DNA of 64,000 bases from Camelus ferus. Its lineage: Eukaryota. This document shows positions 61,403 to 64,000 of the stretch, piece by piece. The stretch spans positions 60,824,001-60,888,000 of the forward strand of contig NC_045707.1 of NCBI RefSeq assembly GCF_009834535.1, given 5' to 3'. Position numbers and translations under genes: made by a program. The notes below the pieces were generated by a model. That model was not told where the DNA came from. It saw only the letters and a list, made by a program, of their open reading frames with translations, and did not search any database. The first letter of the stretch is position 1. Every line of letters starts with the position of its first letter.

Positions 61403-61999
61403 TGTTGCCAGAGAATAGATTCTTGTCTTGCACAGGAAAGGATTCAAGAGCAAAGCATAATAAAGTGAAAGCAAGTTTATTTAAAGAGATACACACCCCA
61501 TAGACTGAGTGGGGTCTGTCTCACTCAGAGGGAGGACAGCTTAGGAGATGCACACTCCATAAGCAGGATGCAGGCCATCTCAAAAAACGAAAGGGAGAGA
61601 GAGAGACAGCAGTGTAGCAGATGTTTAGTTTAAAGTAAAAGCAGATTACACGCTTCATAGACAGAGTGCAGGCCATCTCAGAAGGCAAGAGAGAGAACGA
61701 CCTCAGGGTGTGGAGTTGTTAGTTTTTATGGGCTCGGTAATTTCATGTGCTAGTAGGAGGATTATTTCAACGTCTGCGGGGGAACAGGCAGAGATTTCCA
61801 GGAATCGGCCCCCCTGCCCACTTTCTGACCTCTTATGGTCAACCTAGGAGCTGTCATGGCGCCTGTGGGTGTGCCATGAGGCTCAGGGTCTACTGGAGGA
61901 CACATCTTCTGCCAGCTTGGTTCTAACCAGTTTGTCCAGTCCTCAATTGCTGTGTCATTCCTTCAGTGGTTGTGCCCTGCTCCCTTCCCTCCTGTCTCA
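61403..61999 (-). mobile_element. ERV1-class solo LTR with internal triplicated motif
   Basis: TG...CA termini with a perfect TSD GTTT (61399-61402 / 62000-62003); antisense poly(A) signal 'tttatt' at ~61476. Confidence 0.9.
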
Positions 62000-62170
62000 G
62001 TTTTCTCTCTCTCCAGATGAGGCCAGAAGTTGTTTTTCATTAGAAAAATCTTACCCTAGTGACAAGCACGTTAACTTTATCCTGCTGAACCCTACCTCAA
62101 CCTCCCCGCAGCACAGTACTCACCCCGGACCTTGTCTTTCACACGTAAAAGGCCCATTAATGTGTGAAAT

Positions 62171-62679
62171 TGTTACTGAACAAAAGTTCGTGTGCCCAAT
62201 ACACAGTAAGGCCAAACAAACCGAACCGTTGGAGTTTGGAGCAGAGAAAGATTTATTAGATGGTCAGCAAAGAGAACGAATGGCTGATGCTCAAAAAAAC
62301 CAAACTCTTCAATGGGCAAAATTTGGGATAAGGGCTGCAATGCGTGACTTTCTTCTGATTGGTTGGTGGTGAGGTAATGGGGTGGTACTAAAGTCGCCAT
62401 CCTCCACCTGGATGGCCTTAGTTCCTGCAGAGGAAGTCAAAGATATTGTTATGTATGTTCTTTGAGGCAAAGAGGACCCTGCCCCAAGGCTGGGCTATTG
62501 TTTCTTAACTGCTTCTCCCTTATCTCTTCATTCCCTCCTTCCCCTGAAGTGCAGCTATTTGAATCTGCCCCTTGGAACTCAGGGAAGGTCAAGGAGCCCA
62601 TTTTCTACAAAAAAAGAACAGGGGGCACACAGAAAGGATTTGTACCAGAGAGGACCCCACAGGGCCCTGCTCTATTTCA
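62171..62679 (-). mobile_element. ERV1-class solo LTR
   Basis: TG...CA termini with a perfect TSD AAAT (62167-62170 / 62680-62683); antisense AATAAA at ~62252; CCAAT box (ctgattgg) at ~62355. Confidence 0.9.
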
Positions 62680-64000
62680 AAATGGAAATGAGAATTTTTT
62701 TTTTTTTCTTACTAATATAACGTCCACTTTTTTTCTGATTTTTACACATGGCTTCTCCTCTCCTCTTCCAGAGCTGTGTGCTTGCCTTGGGCAGAATGAG
62801 GACTGTAGCCGTAGGAAGGCAAAGAGGAAGGGGAAATCAATATCCAGTTTTTGACTTTCAGAGCTGTCAGAAAGGAAATAATAGTCTTAAAAGCCAGTCT
62901 TTGTCAAGAGAGGAAATGATTTCTAAATTCCATAAGCCGTCGTTAACATATCAAGAGCAGAGACCAGCAACGGAAATAAAAGTATTATTCAGGGAGAGAG
63001 AACTGAGCGTAAGAAAAGTATCTGCTACAAAGGGGTCGGAGGATTAGAAGGTGACGGCGTGAAAAGCCCACCTTCTGACCCTGAGGGATTATGGGAAAAA
63101 GGAAGCAGGTAACCTTGTGGAACAGGTGGTGAAAGGAAGCTATGAGACACTTGTGTCCTCTCCAGGCTGAAGTTCTGGAGGCGCAAGGTCATCCAGTCAG
63201 AAAAAGAGAGCAGACAGCAAAGGGGCTTTTGTCCTTTTCTTAGCTGGAGCCCTTGAGGGAGACTACCATGCGGGGCGGGCTTCAGTGCCCTGGGGGTGGA
63301 TAGAATGGGGTACACAAGGGTTTTGCAGGACAGGGAGATGTGCAGAGACATCTGAGGTAGAGCGCTTGACTCCTTGGAGTCTGTATATGGTTTGTGAGCA
63401 ATCTAGACATTCCCAAATGCCCTTGGGGGGCTGCTGAAAGTAGATGACATTCAGGCTGGGGAAATTGCCACAGATGTCACAAGGTGGGGTTGAGGCAAAG
63501 AAACCCTGAGGCTGGGAACTCAAGGTGGGGTGGAGAACATCTGAGATTAGTGGCTGGACTTCCAGTGGCTGGGCTGCACAGCCACCAGCAAAGGGATGAG
63601 ATGGAGCTGAGTGCCAAGGGTGACCTTAACCAAGCTAAGAGAACAGACAAAGCTGTGTTCCTCAGCTGCTAATGTTAGCAACCATCACCTGTAGGGTGCT
63701 TGGCAGGACCCAGACTCATCCCACCTTAATGGGTACCAGCCAGCCTTGGGTACACACCCAAGGACAGGACCAGGTGGCCAGCAGTAGAGACAATACAAAG
63801 ACAGGCACCACTCCAGCCAGAGCTCCGTCTCCCCAATGCCAAGATGTCAGCATTCCTCTACACCTAGAGCCATGTTGGGGGAAGGGAGAGAAAGGAGCAA
63901 TCCATCTTTGATAGGGAATTAAGCTTTAATTGATAAATGTTTAGTCCTCAAAGAGTATTTTCAGTCCAGTGTGCCCTTAATTGGAAAAGTTCATGTGCTC

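Noticed and set aside
1..64000. ORF-track open reading frames as genes
   Set aside because: All are short (60-167 aa), many begin at non-ATG codons, many lie in repeats or microsatellites, and none resembles a cellular protein I recognise.

Overview
AT-rich, CpG-poor, repeat-dense mammalian genomic DNA. It is most likely camelid, because it carries four copies of a tRNA-Ala-derived SINE resembling the camelid Vic-1 family. I find no protein-coding gene, RNA gene or CRISPR array that I can support. The ORF track entries are short, and the only recognisable ones are L1 ORF2 C-terminal remnants. Much of the window is recognisable transposon debris: MIR, L2, L3/CR1, L1, MaLR/ERVL and ERV1 solo LTRs, and Tigger and hAT DNA elements, often nested. 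The most notable items are: (1) a solo LTR at about 21.0-21.7 kb with a periodic array of CCAAT boxes, two octamer motifs and a TATA box, inside a zone of elevated CpG retention and upstream of plus-strand splice signals (candidate co-opted germline/embryonic promoter); (2) a near full-length Tigger DNA transposon with both TIRs, TA target duplication, a decayed DDD transposase and three nested insertions; (3) a young L1 with an apparent short 3' transduction; (4) a cluster of ERV1-class solo LTRs in the right half; (5) an antisense bias of L1s and MaLR/ERVL LTRs suggesting a plus-strand host transcript. Repeat family names come from recalled consensus sequences, not from a database search. 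Boundaries without stated TSDs are approximate.
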